34,203 bases of DNA from Octopus sinensis (lineage: Eukaryota), in contig NW_021831921.1 in NCBI RefSeq assembly GCF_006345805.1, positions 1-34,203 on the forward strand. Reading direction: 5' to 3'. The first letter of the stretch is position 1, and each line of letters begins with the position of its first letter. The notes below the pieces were generated by a model. It did not search any database, had not been told where the DNA came from, and was given only the letters and a program-made list of their open reading frames with translations. Positions 12,308 to 22,629 of this stretch are shown here, piece by piece. The position numbers and the translations under genes were made by a program.

Positions 12308-12415
12308 GTTAATCCAAACATGAAAACACAAAGAGAAAACAAAACAACGCGAGGAGGTAGAACAAGTATAGTGTTATTGGACGCAGCAGATCAGAAAAGG
12401 AATAAAGAAGGAATA
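12308..12415 (-). mobile_element. Repeat P2 (PLE-type terminus), truncated copy
   Basis: gttaatccaaacatgaaaacacaaagagaaaac...ttattggacgc also at 18957 and, diverged, at 25419. Confidence 0.75.
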
Positions 12416-12487
12416 TATTATATATATATATATATATCTATATATATATATATATATACGAGAAAGAAGCAACAAGAATGGATTAGT

Positions 12488-12575
12488 TTTTAGTACATTG
12501 TTTCATACAAACAGGCTTTATTACAAGTTGCAAAAATTGCAGCAGATAAAAGTGTCCCGTACTCATCAGCTACAA
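12488..12575 (-). ncRNA. Type I hammerhead motif, mirror copy (stem I mismatch, loop III shortened)
   Basis: Minus strand: UUGUAG-CUGAUGA-GUACGGGACA...UGUUUGUAU-GAAAC-AAU-GUA-CUAAAA. Confidence 0.6.
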
Positions 12576-12664
12576 TACATATGAGTTCTCTAGACATCTT
12601 AGTGGGTGAGGTTTATTTCATGAGTATACCTCACCCACTAAGATGTCTAGAGAACTCATATGTA

Positions 12665-12755
12665 TTTTAGCTGATGAGTACGGGACACTTTTATCTGCTG
12701 CAATTTTTGCAACTTGTAATAAAGCCTGTCTTTGTATGAAACAATTGTACTAAAA
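12665..12755 (+). ncRNA. Type I hammerhead ribozyme motif, intact core
   Basis: Stem I UUUUAG/CUAAAA; CUGAUGA 12671-12677; stem II GUACGGGACA/UGUCUUUGUAU; GAAAC 12738-12742; loop AAUU; GUA with predicted cut after 12749. Confidence 0.8.
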
Positions 12756-12934
12756 ACTAATCCATTCTTGTTGCTTCTTTCTCGTTTATAATCACCCCAC
12801 ATTACTGTATGGTTAACACCATATAGTTTTTCTGGTGCATCTAAGTTAAGTACCACATTCAAGTAAATTCATTGGAATTTACTTGAATCTTAATTGCTTT
12901 GATTGTATATATATAAATTAATAACAATAAATAT

Positions 12935-13329
12935 TAGGGAATAAATCCAAACTTACAGGGAAAAATCAGATTTAGGATTGAATCCAATTTTATAGTAAAA
13001 TATTATATTATATTAAATTAGAGACAAAACCACTATTAGGCAAATCAAACAATGAAAGACTAAGCCAATACATATGATTAATTAATTATTTAAATATGTA
13101 ACAATTATTAAAAAATATAATTAATATCCACTACGATCGTTTCCTGCCTGCTGTCTTTAAATTTTTGACTCAAAAATTTAAAGACAGCAGGCAGGAAACG
13201 ATCGTAGTGGATAATAATTATATTTTTTAATAATTGTTACATATTTAAATAATATAAATTAATCATATGTATTGGCTTAAGTCTTTCATTGTTTGATTTG
13301 CCTATAGTGGTTTTGTCTCTAATTTAATA

Positions 13330-13333
<4 letters not shown>
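12935..13333. mobile_element. Repeat P1 (PLE-type terminus) with fold-back (arms 13007-13167 / 13171-13333)
   Basis: ggaataaatccaaacttacaggg...tagagacaaaaccact also at 20297 and 21257; 3-nt loop; each arm carries a hammerhead 3' half GAAAC-GAUC-GUA. Confidence 0.85.
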
Positions 13334-13364
<31 letters not shown>

Positions 13365-13468
13365 ATATATATATATAATATATACATATATATACATATA
13401 TATATATGTGTATATATATTATATATATATAATATATATGTATATATTATATATATATAAATATAATG

Positions 13469-13503
<35 letters not shown>

Positions 13504-13740
13504 GCACGGGTTTTATCAATAATCGACAAAAGGTACACAGTTACTCCGCTCTGACTTACCTTGTAAGTTAGATGTGTATATAACTGGCATTTTTTCCTTG
13601 TTATCAAGATGTTCAAAATATTCATTCTTAGATGTATCCTCCTGACGAAAACGGCTTTTTTTGCACGGTGTAACACTTCTTCATCGATAATAAAACACAT
13701 CTGAATCAGCTGTAGTAAACCACAATCCTATTTCTTCTAT

Positions 13741-13779
<39 letters not shown>

Positions 13780-13934
13780 TAGATATATATATATATATAT
13801 ACATAGATACATATATGTATTGTATGATATATATATATACACATACATATAGATATATATGTATATATATATATTATATATATATATAATATATATATGT
13901 ACTACATACATATATATACCATACATACATACAA

Positions 13935-13976
<42 letters not shown>

Positions 13977-14046
13977 ATATATATTTACAAGATGAGCAAA
14001 AGTGTATGTACGTCGCTCTATGTATATATAAATATAAAAAATGGAC

Positions 14047-14880
14047 CAAAAAACGCCAACAGAGGACAATAAAACATCCAGAGAAGATGACGATACAAAG
14101 TTGGACAGGAAAAAAATACGGTCATTCGTGGCCTTCTTTCGTCAGTCGAGTTTCCAGATTTCCTCGCAGTTTCGGGCAGTTACACTTGAGACTTTTCAAA
14201 TCTGATTGCCCCACAAAATGTCTAAGCTAAGAGCATTAGATTTTGTGTAAGAAAATAAGCGAATGTGTACGACACCAAAGACATAGAACGGAGAACATGT
14301 TACACAATTATAAATACAAACAAGAAGAATATAACAACAGGTGTCTTTCGACTAATGAGGACGAATGAAATTGAGCTGGCGTTTATAGAGTGAAAACCTT
14401 GAGACAGGAAGATAGATGGAATAAGAGATGTTGGCAGTCGGCAGTCAAGCCAAGAAAGAAAGATCATGGCAGGCCGAACACCGGTCACATGGAAGGAGGA
14501 GAGAGGGTAGGGGCAGAGGGATTGAAGGAATAGGGGAAGAACGGGAAAAGGAGAAAAAAGGGACAAAGAGAAAGGTACAGGGGAGATAAACGTGGAGGAA
14601 AAGTAGGAAATAAATAAAGAGAGGGTCAAGAAATATGAGAGGGAGGGCGAATGCTCTTAGCTTAGACTTTTTGGTGGTCAACCAGATTTGAACAATCTTG
14701 GGCAAACAGATTTGAAGTGTAACTGCCCGAAACTATAAGGACAATCTGGAAACTTGACTAATGAAAGGCCACGAATGACTCCGTCCTTTTTTTTTCCTGT
14801 CCCTCTATTTGTAGTTTTTCCTGTCTGCTTTTGTATCGTCTATCTGTCCGAATGTTTTATTGTCTTCTATTAAGTTTTTG
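14047..14880 (-). mobile_element. 5'-truncated PLE-like element with inverted terminal repeats
   Basis: Diverged inverted arms 14047-14237 and 14650-14880; between them the minus strand gives QHLLFHLSS..SQGFHSIN..F, resembling the PLE endonuclease C-terminus (EQ.LIF.L..L.P.GLN). Confidence 0.55.
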
Positions 14881-15218
14881 TTTCGCTTATTTATATATAT
14901 ACACTCCTACAATCATACACACATGCATATCTACAAATGGATGTACATACAAGGAACAGCTGGATATATATGCATGGGCATAAAAACATATACATTATTT
15001 TTTCAAGGCTAAGACAATGCAAATTATAAAAATTAATAATAGAAGTAGATGTTTATAATTTTACCTGGTATTTCAATATTTCGAGATTTGTATCCCTTCT
15101 GGTAATCGTTGAAGAAATGCTATTGTTAGCTGACTTCGATGTGTGTGTGTGTGTATGTTTCGGTCAAATGTAGAATACATACACAAATACGTACATAAAT
15201 GTAGAAATATATAAATAT

Positions 15219-15518
15219 ATCACGTGACCGACCAGTCCATCAGATGTAGTTACACATCGCTGATCACAATGCGTTCGCATTGTTTTAGCCTTCGAATGAC
15301 GCCACCTCGCTGCCTAAACGAGCAGGCCAACAGAAGAAAGAGTGGGAGAAAGAGTGGTGAAAGAGTACAGCAGGGTTCACCACCCTCTGCCGGAGCTTCG
15401 TGGAGCTTTTCAGGTGTTTTCGCTCAATAAACACTCACAACGCCCGGTCTGGGAATCGAAACCGCGATCCTACGACCGCGAGTCTGCTGCCCTAACCGCT
15501 GGGCCATTGCGCCTCCAC
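15219..15518 (-). mobile_element. SINE family C with RTE-like tail, full length
   Basis: Head gtggaggcgcaatggcccagcggttagggc...ggtttcgattccc (A/B-box-like); tail ctgatggactggtcggtcacgtgat. Confidence 0.85.
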
Positions 15519-15541
15519 ATATAATATATACTTATAAGTAA

Positions 15542-15806
15542 ATATTCTGTTGTGTCTGGGGAAAGTCATCCTCTTTTAGGCCTTATTAATTAACACACTC
15601 ACCGGTAAAATTTTCACCCGTTTACTTATTTATTTTTCCAAAATTTTTTCTGCGTCTTGCAACTTTTTCAATAGTTGTTGCCTCTGTCCGTTATTCAATC
15701 TGCGTTCGTTTTGTTTGTTTGAATAACGGACAGTCAAGTGTCTTCTACTATAGCATTGTGAGTAGATTTGGTAGACGGAAACTGAAAGAAGTCCGTCGTA
15801 TATATG

Positions 15807-15841
<35 letters not shown>

Positions 15842-16185
15842 GTATATATATCTATATATATATATATATGTGTGTGTGTGGGTGTTTGTGTGTGTGTATG
15901 TTTGTGCGTCTGTGTTTGTCCCCCAACATCACTTGACAACTGATGCTGGTGTGTTTACGTCACCGTAACTTAGCGGTTCGGCAAAAGAGACCGATAGAAT
16001 AAGTACTAGGGTTATAAAGAATAAGTCCTGGGGTCAATTTGCTCGACTAAAGGCGGTGCTCCAGCATGACCACAGTCAAATGACTGAAACAAGTAAAAGA
16101 GTAAAAGGGTAAGGAAATTTTACCGGTGAGTGTGTTAAATTATTAGGCACTAAAAGAGAATGACTCTCTCCTGACAACAGAATAT
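15542..16185. repeat. Diverged inverted repeats of about 72 bp (15542-15613 / 16115-16185)
   Basis: atattctgttg...ttaacacactcaccggtaaaattt versus its reverse complement. Confidence 0.8.
15735..16107 (+). mobile_element. 5'-truncated SINE A
   Basis: caagtgtcttctactatagc...gacggaaactgaaagaag...ggcggtgctccagcatg...aaacaagtaaaagagtaaaag. Confidence 0.9.
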
Positions 16186-16287
16186 GCTTCAACACACGAG
16201 CTCACATGAAGAATCTTGCAAACCAAACCCCAAAATGATATAAATAAAAAGTATATATATATATATTCATATATCTATGCATGCATA

Positions 16288-16299
16288 GATAGATAAATG

Positions 16300-16375
<76 letters not shown>

Positions 16376-16376
16376 T
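16288..16376. repeat. (GATA)n microsatellite
   Basis: Direct inspection. Confidence 0.95.
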
Positions 16377-16402
16377 GTATTTATGAAAGACAAAGCACCT
16401 TC

Positions 16403-16616
16403 CCGTGTCTTATAGACTTATAATGCCGGTCTCACAGTTTCTGTGGCGTATATATTCCCCGGTGGCCGGGATACCAGTCCATTGCAGGGTCGCCCATTCA
16501 CAGCTGTGTGAACTGGAGCAACATGAAATGAAGTGTTTTGCCCGGTCCAGGAATAGAAACCACAATCTTACGATCATGGGTCCAACACTCCAAACCACTA
16601 AGCCATGCAGATCCAC
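16403..16616 (-). mobile_element. SINE family E
   Basis: Minus strand: gcatggcttagtggtt..ggtttctattcc head, gcaaaacacttcatttca, then ccctgcaatggactggtatccc. Confidence 0.7.
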
Positions 16617-17005
16617 CGTGTATTTATATCCCTGTATATATTTATGCTTATTTATGTTTGTCTGTATGTATGTAAGCATGTATATAAGTATCTATGAGTG
16701 TAAGGTATTTTTTGTTTGATTTCGTCTTACAACGAATCAGTGACATTCTAAGTAAGAAACAAATTTCTACCATTTGAACAAAGATACCAACAAATGCTTG
16801 CGGGTACGTTGTGAGTTTTGGAAGAGGTTTGTATAATATAACTGTTCCACTTAACAGTTTGAAATTATTCGAATACGTGTTGGAGTGTTTTTGGCAGCTA
16901 ACAATGTTGCTGCTGCCACGAAGGTAATTGTGAATAGGATGAATGAAAAATGATTTATCAACTGTGGATATAACCCCCGTGGTTGACTTGACTTGTTCGG
17001 AATCA

Positions 17006-17385
17006 TACTCTTTTACTCTTTTACCTGTTTCAGTCATTTGACTGCGGCTATGCTGGAGCATCGCATTTAGTCGAGCAAATCGACCCCAGGACTTATTCTT
17101 TTAAGCCTTGTACTTATTCTATCGGTCTCTTTTGCCGAAACGCTAAGTTACGGTGACGTAAACACACCAGCATCGGTTGTCAAGCGATGTTGGGGTGGGG
17201 GAAACACAGACACACAAACATATATATATACATATATATGTGTGTGTATATATTTATATATATACACATATGTATACATATAAGGCTATAGTAGACACTT
17301 ACCCAAGGTGCAACGCTGTGGGAATGAACCCGGAACCATGTGGTTGGTAAGCAAGCTACTTACCACATAGCCACTCCTGCACCTA
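17006..17385 (-). mobile_element. SINE A with both ends and an internal deletion of the central domain
   Basis: Tail repeats tactctt, head ccactcctgcacct; the aagccttgtgagtggatttgg block is missing. Confidence 0.9.
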
Positions 17386-17407
17386 CAATCACAGAGTAAA
17401 AAAACTG

Positions 17408-17436
17408 CAACTACTCCACTACTACTACTACTGCTG

Positions 17437-17486
<50 letters not shown>

Positions 17487-18189
17487 CCAACACCTCACCA
17501 CCACCTTAACGGTGGGTGTTGTGTTATCTATATCTGACAATAATAAATATCTGTAAATACTCAAGGACAGTTCGATAATGATGAAGACAAAGGCAATCAA
17601 TTTTAAAGAATGAATAAATAAAATCAACACAAAAACACGAGAAAAATCAATCAACGAACCAACGAACGAACCAGCCAACCAAACAAACAAACAAACAAAC
17701 AAATATACTAATAAACAAACAACAACAATATACAGCTCCTAAGAACATATGTATAGAAATGTAATGACAAAACAAAATTCTGTGTAAATATTTGAATGAA
17801 TTAAAGAATACGATGTTGGTAACAAAAATGATGACCAAGAAGAGGAGGTGGAGGAGGAGAACGAGGAGGAGAAGGACGAAGATGATGTTGGTGGTAATGT
17901 TGCGGGTGATGGCCGCATTGGTAGCGGTAGCAGCAGCGGTGATGATGATGATGATGTCAACCAAGCTAAACAATAGACAATGGATCTCCATCACCACCAC
18001 TAACACCACCACTACCACAGACACCACTTTAAGCAACACCACCACCAACAACAACACCAACAACCTGCGCCTAGTTACTGCTACCAGCACCATCATCATC
18101 ATCAACTACTACTACTACTACTACTACTAGTACTAGTACTACTACTACTACTACTACTACTACCACTACCACTACTACTACTACTACCA

Positions 18190-18234
<45 letters not shown>

Positions 18235-18266
18235 CACTACTACCACTACTACATCTACTACTACAT

Positions 18267-18297
<31 letters not shown>

Positions 18298-18305
18298 GAT
18301 AACAA
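17408..18305. repeat. (CTA)n, (AAAC)n and GAG/GAT/CAC low-complexity region
   Basis: Trinucleotide runs at 17410-17480 and 18090-18300 with mixed runs between. Confidence 0.9.
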
Positions 18306-18956
18306 CAACAGCAAATAGAACCAGCCTACTAAATGTAAACCAGCCAGAGTTTACTACACATATACCAATTAAATATTTTTTTTTAAATGAGATATAAACT
18401 AATAATAAGGGACGCAACAACGACTAATGTCCGTTATATTCAATTACTTTATTTATTCAATGTTTCCCAATGATCGTATATAATACGGTTTCTTTGAGAA
18501 CGCTTGTTAGACTAAGCCAGCTCTTTCTCACAGCGTTTATTGAAATCAATAACGGGAGAAAGGAAACCATTGCGTACAGGGTACAGCGTACAACATTCTA
18601 TTATTCAAATGTTTCTTTAGTGGTATGTTGAGATATAATGCTAAATTTAATACGCTTGCTATACATATAATAATGAAGTGGACGTAAGCATGCTTCATGT
18701 AATGAGATAAGAGTTTCGAATTAATTAAAATTACACTACTTTGTTAGTGATGAGAACAATGGATTTTTAATGTCGGAGAAACATCGCCTTTCAGACGATT
18801 TTCGCTCATTATATCTTAAATTACCTCGACTTTGTATATGTGTGCGCACATATACAAAACACACACACATACACACAAATACATACATACATAACATACA
18901 TACATACATACATACATACATACATACATACATCCATACATACATACATACATAAA

Positions 18957-19162
18957 GTTAATTCAAACATGAAAACACAAAGAGAAAACACAACAACGCG
19001 AGGACGTGGAACAAATATAGTATTATTGGACGCTCAGGAAGGAAGGGAAGAAGGAGGTTTTAACGTTTCGAGCTGGGCTCTTCGTCGGAAAAATAGGAGA
19101 AGGAAAGATCCAGAGAAGGGAAGACAGAGGGAAAACATCGCCATCGTTACACACGCGGTCAC
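18957..19162 (-). mobile_element. Repeat P2 (PLE-type terminus) with minimal hammerhead-like motif
   Basis: Best P2 copy; the minus strand at 19058-19093 reads UUUUU-CCGACGA-A-GAGC-CCA-GCUC-GAAAC-GUU-AAAA. Confidence 0.75.
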
Positions 19163-19184
19163 TCCGAAAATATCATCACAGTAG

Positions 19185-19940
19185 TATCTACTGATGAGAC
19201 ATGATGTAATTACAACACTCTATAATGAAATCCGTCGGAAAGATAACCCCGAGGACAAAGCAATAATAACCCACAATATGGTGAAAAGGAGTACTGGTGG
19301 AATACCCCAGTGAAGACCTCAACAAAATGTAAGCACAGCAAACCTGATATAATGATTTGGGATAGAGAAGAGAAACTGTGCAGTTGTGGAAATTACCTGC
19401 CCAGTGGATGTTAACATAAAGCTGAAGATCAGTGAAAAAGAGAATACCTATGCTGAGCTATTGAGAAATCTACAGTTACTCTATCCAAATTACAAGTTCA
19501 TGTTTATACCTGTAATTATTGGGGCCTCGGGATATGTAACACAGTGCCTAAATACCAATCTTGAGAAATTAGGCCTCTCAAAACCAGAATGAAGAATGCT
19601 AATTCAAAGACTACAGATCCAGTCCATCACTGGAACTGTAAAAATCTGTAAAACTTCCCAGACGTTTATCATTTAAATATATATAAGCATGTCTAGAAAT
19701 GCAACTATATGCATGAGAAAATATACATAAAGAAAACAACATACAAATCTGCACACATACATACATACATACATACATACATACATACATACATACATAC
19801 ATACATACATACATACATACATAATACAAACATACATACATACGTGCATACATACACACAAAAATACCCTGTTGCTGATGTTGAAATTCCAGTGAAGGAG
19901 CCTTGGATCTCTATTGGCAAGAAATCTTGAAATAAATCTG
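19185..19940 (+). mobile_element. R4/Dong-like non-LTR retrotransposon 3' end (restriction-like endonuclease plus 3' UTR with (CATA)n)
   Basis: YLLMRHD..EYWWNTPVKT..KPDIMIWDREEKLC..VEITCP.D..EKENTY..IPVIIGASG..; frameshifts and a stop at 19590; frame ends at 19676. Confidence 0.85.
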
Positions 19941-19960
19941 AACAATGCCATACATAGATA

Positions 19961-20185
19961 TTCTTTTATTCTTTTATTCTTTTAAATGTTTTAGTCATTT
20001 GACTGCGACAATGCTGGAGCATCGCCTTAAAGGATTTTTTGTCGAAGAAATCATCTCCAGGATTTATTCTTTGTCAGCCTAGGACTTACTCTATCGGCTT
20101 CTTACGCCAAACCGCTAACTTACAGAGACATAAACACACGAACATCGGTTGTCAAGCGATGATGGGGCGGGGAAACACAGACAAA
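19961..20185 (-). mobile_element. SINE A 3' half, diverged
   Basis: ttttagtcatttgactgcgacaatgctggagcatcgcc...catcggttgtcaagcgatg. Confidence 0.8.
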
Positions 20186-20217
20186 AAAATCACATAAATA
20201 TATACACGCACACACAC

Positions 20218-20253
<36 letters not shown>

Positions 20254-20296
20254 ATAGATATATTTATATATATATGTATATATATAATAATATATA

Positions 20297-20515
20297 GGGA
20301 ATAATCCAAATTTACAGGGAAAAAATCAGATTTAGGAATAAATCCAATTTTATAGTAAAATATTATAAAATATTATTAGAGACAAACCACTATTTGCAAA
20401 ACAAACAAGGAAAGTTATTAAAATTTTATGTATTGATTAGTCTTTCCTTGTTTGTTTTGCCAAAATAGTGGTTTTGTCTCTAATATATTTTATAGTGTAT
20501 ATATATATATATATA

Positions 20516-20553
<38 letters not shown>

Positions 20554-20757
20554 GAAAGACATACAGAGAGCGAGAAGAGTAGATAAAAACTATCTTCCAT
20601 GCGTGTTGAATTATAATGTTTAAATAATACATCGAAAATTCTGCTTGATACACATAACTTTCCGGCGCCGGCCAACGGCAAGTTATTATGTATTGATTAA
20701 GTCTTTCCTTGTTTGTTTTGCAAAATAGTGGTTTTGTCTCTAATAATATTTTATATG

Positions 20758-20814
<57 letters not shown>

Positions 20815-20950
20815 AGAAAGACATACAGAGAGCGAGAAGAGTAGATAAAAACTTATCTTCCATGCGTGTTGAATTATTAATGTTTAAATAATACATCGAA
20901 AATTCTGCTTGATACACATAACTTTCCGGCGCCGGCCCAACGGCAAGTTA
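20297..20950. mobile_element. Repeat P1 with short fold-back (20374-20414 / 20442-20485) and a 260-bp tandem duplication (20426-20685 / 20686-20950)
   Basis: Direct alignment by eye; outside the microsatellite the units differ almost only by 1-bp indels. Confidence 0.85.
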
Positions 20951-21012
20951 GAAACGTGTTGAATTATGAATCAGGAAGCATAACCTTTTCCTTTCTCTCT
21001 AACTATTTTGAA

Positions 21013-21055
<43 letters not shown>

Positions 21056-21212
21056 CATACATATATATAGATATACATATATATGTATATATTATATATA
21101 TATATATACATACAAATTATTTATATATAATATACATACATATATATAATATATATAATACATACATATATATATATAATACATACATACTTATAATAAT
21201 AATAATAACTAA

Positions 21213-21256
<44 letters not shown>

Positions 21257-21600
21257 GGAGAATAACTCCAAACTTACAGGAAAAAATTCAATTTAGTATT
21301 AAATCAAATTTCACAATATAAATATATAAAATATAAATTAGAGATAAAACCACTATTATGCAATTCAAAAATAGTGATGGGCATAAACCAATACATAAAT
21401 AACAAGTAATGTATATAATAATTCTTTTTTCAAGAAGTATAAAATGAATAATAAATATTTATATTATATTTATCATTCATTTTATACTTTAAAAAAAATT
21501 ATTATTATATATATTACTTGTTATTTATGTATTGGTTTATGTCTATCACTGTTTGAGTTGCATAATAGTGGTTTTATCTCTAATTTATATTTTATATATA
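21257..21600. mobile_element. Repeat P1 variant with older fold-back (21323-21458 / 21466-21598)
   Basis: Arms of about 135 bp with multiple substitutions; starts at a (TAA)n tract. Confidence 0.85.
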
Positions 21601-21627
21601 AATATATGTGTGTGTGTGTGTGTGTGT

Positions 21628-21655
<28 letters not shown>

Positions 21656-21658
<3 letters not shown>

Positions 21659-21907
21659 GAGGCGCAGTGGCCCAGTGGTTAAGGGCAGCGGACCTCCGGT
21701 CGTAGGATCACGGTTTCGATTCTCAGACCTGGCGTTGTGTGTGTTGAGCGAAAACGCCTAAAAGCTCCACACGGCTCCAGCAGGGGGTGGTGGCGAACCC
21801 TGCAGTTCTCTTTCCCCACAACTTTCTCTCACTCTTTCTTCTGGGGTGGCATCATTTGAAGACTAAAACAATACGAAGCGAATTGCGACCAGCGATGTGT
21901 AGCAACA

Positions 21908-21913
<6 letters not shown>
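21656..21913 (+). mobile_element. SINE family C with an internal deletion, ending in (TA)n
   Basis: Aligns to 15219-15518. Confidence 0.85.
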
Positions 21914-21944
<31 letters not shown>

Positions 21945-22014
21945 GTAATGTAAGAGTGGCATTAAGAACAGTGCAAACATCTCGACGCGTTGGGATACAC
22001 CCTTTTTTAATCGA

Positions 22015-22133
22015 TTAATGAAAAGTCGACTGTTTACTCTGAGTTTCTTACAGGTTAGGCTGCTCAGCACAGGCCAGCTGAATTCAGTCTAGCCTGGGAT
22101 GAAACTGAGTGTAGACAGTCAACTTTTGATTAG
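22015..22133. other. Imperfect long hairpin of about 120 nt (MITE or structured RNA)
   Basis: ttaatgaaaagtcgactgtttactctgagtttc pairs with gaaactgagtgtagacagtcaacttttgattag; caggttaggctg pairs with cagtctagcctg; inner tcagc/gctga stem. Confidence 0.7.
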
Positions 22134-22383
22134 TAAACATATCTATCCAATATACATGCATACATACATAAATACATACATACATATAATATATGTCTTT
22201 GTATTTTGCATAGTGCAGATGCATACCAATGCGCTCATACGGCATCTGGTCCTATAAATATATACGTAATGCCGAAACATATGTTGCTATGCATTAATAA
22301 AATATAAAATCTCTATCCGTGAAGTATTTCTCGTTATTAATATGTCTAGGCATGATGTTAAGGAGAACAAGGCTGTTGAAGTG

Positions 22384-22414
<31 letters not shown>

Positions 22415-22550
22415 ATATACATACATACACACACATATATAGATATATATGTGTGTGTGTATATATATTTATATATTATATAATATACACACACAACACC
22501 ATAAATATATATATATAACATTTGTATGTATGTATGTATGCATGTATATA

Positions 22551-22583
<33 letters not shown>

Positions 22584-22629
22584 CTTAATAAAAGGGTTAG
22601 GCAAAGATTACATATATATATATATATGA

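Larger units (their letters stand above)
12458..12785. repeat. Fold-back inversion with 155/158-bp arms and 15-nt loop
   Basis: 12458-12612 is the reverse complement of 12628-12785 except for about three small differences. Confidence 0.95.

Noticed and set aside
13642-13720. CTGACGA...GAATC-AGCT-GTA as a hammerhead
   Set aside because: The core is mutated and neither stem I nor stem II pairs; too degenerate to support.
14100-14165. CTGACGA on the minus strand of the inverted arm as a hammerhead
   Set aside because: No GAAA follows a plausible stem II.
19191-19240. CTGATGA...GAAA as a hammerhead
   Set aside because: It coincides with the coding motif LMRHD and no stems I or II form.
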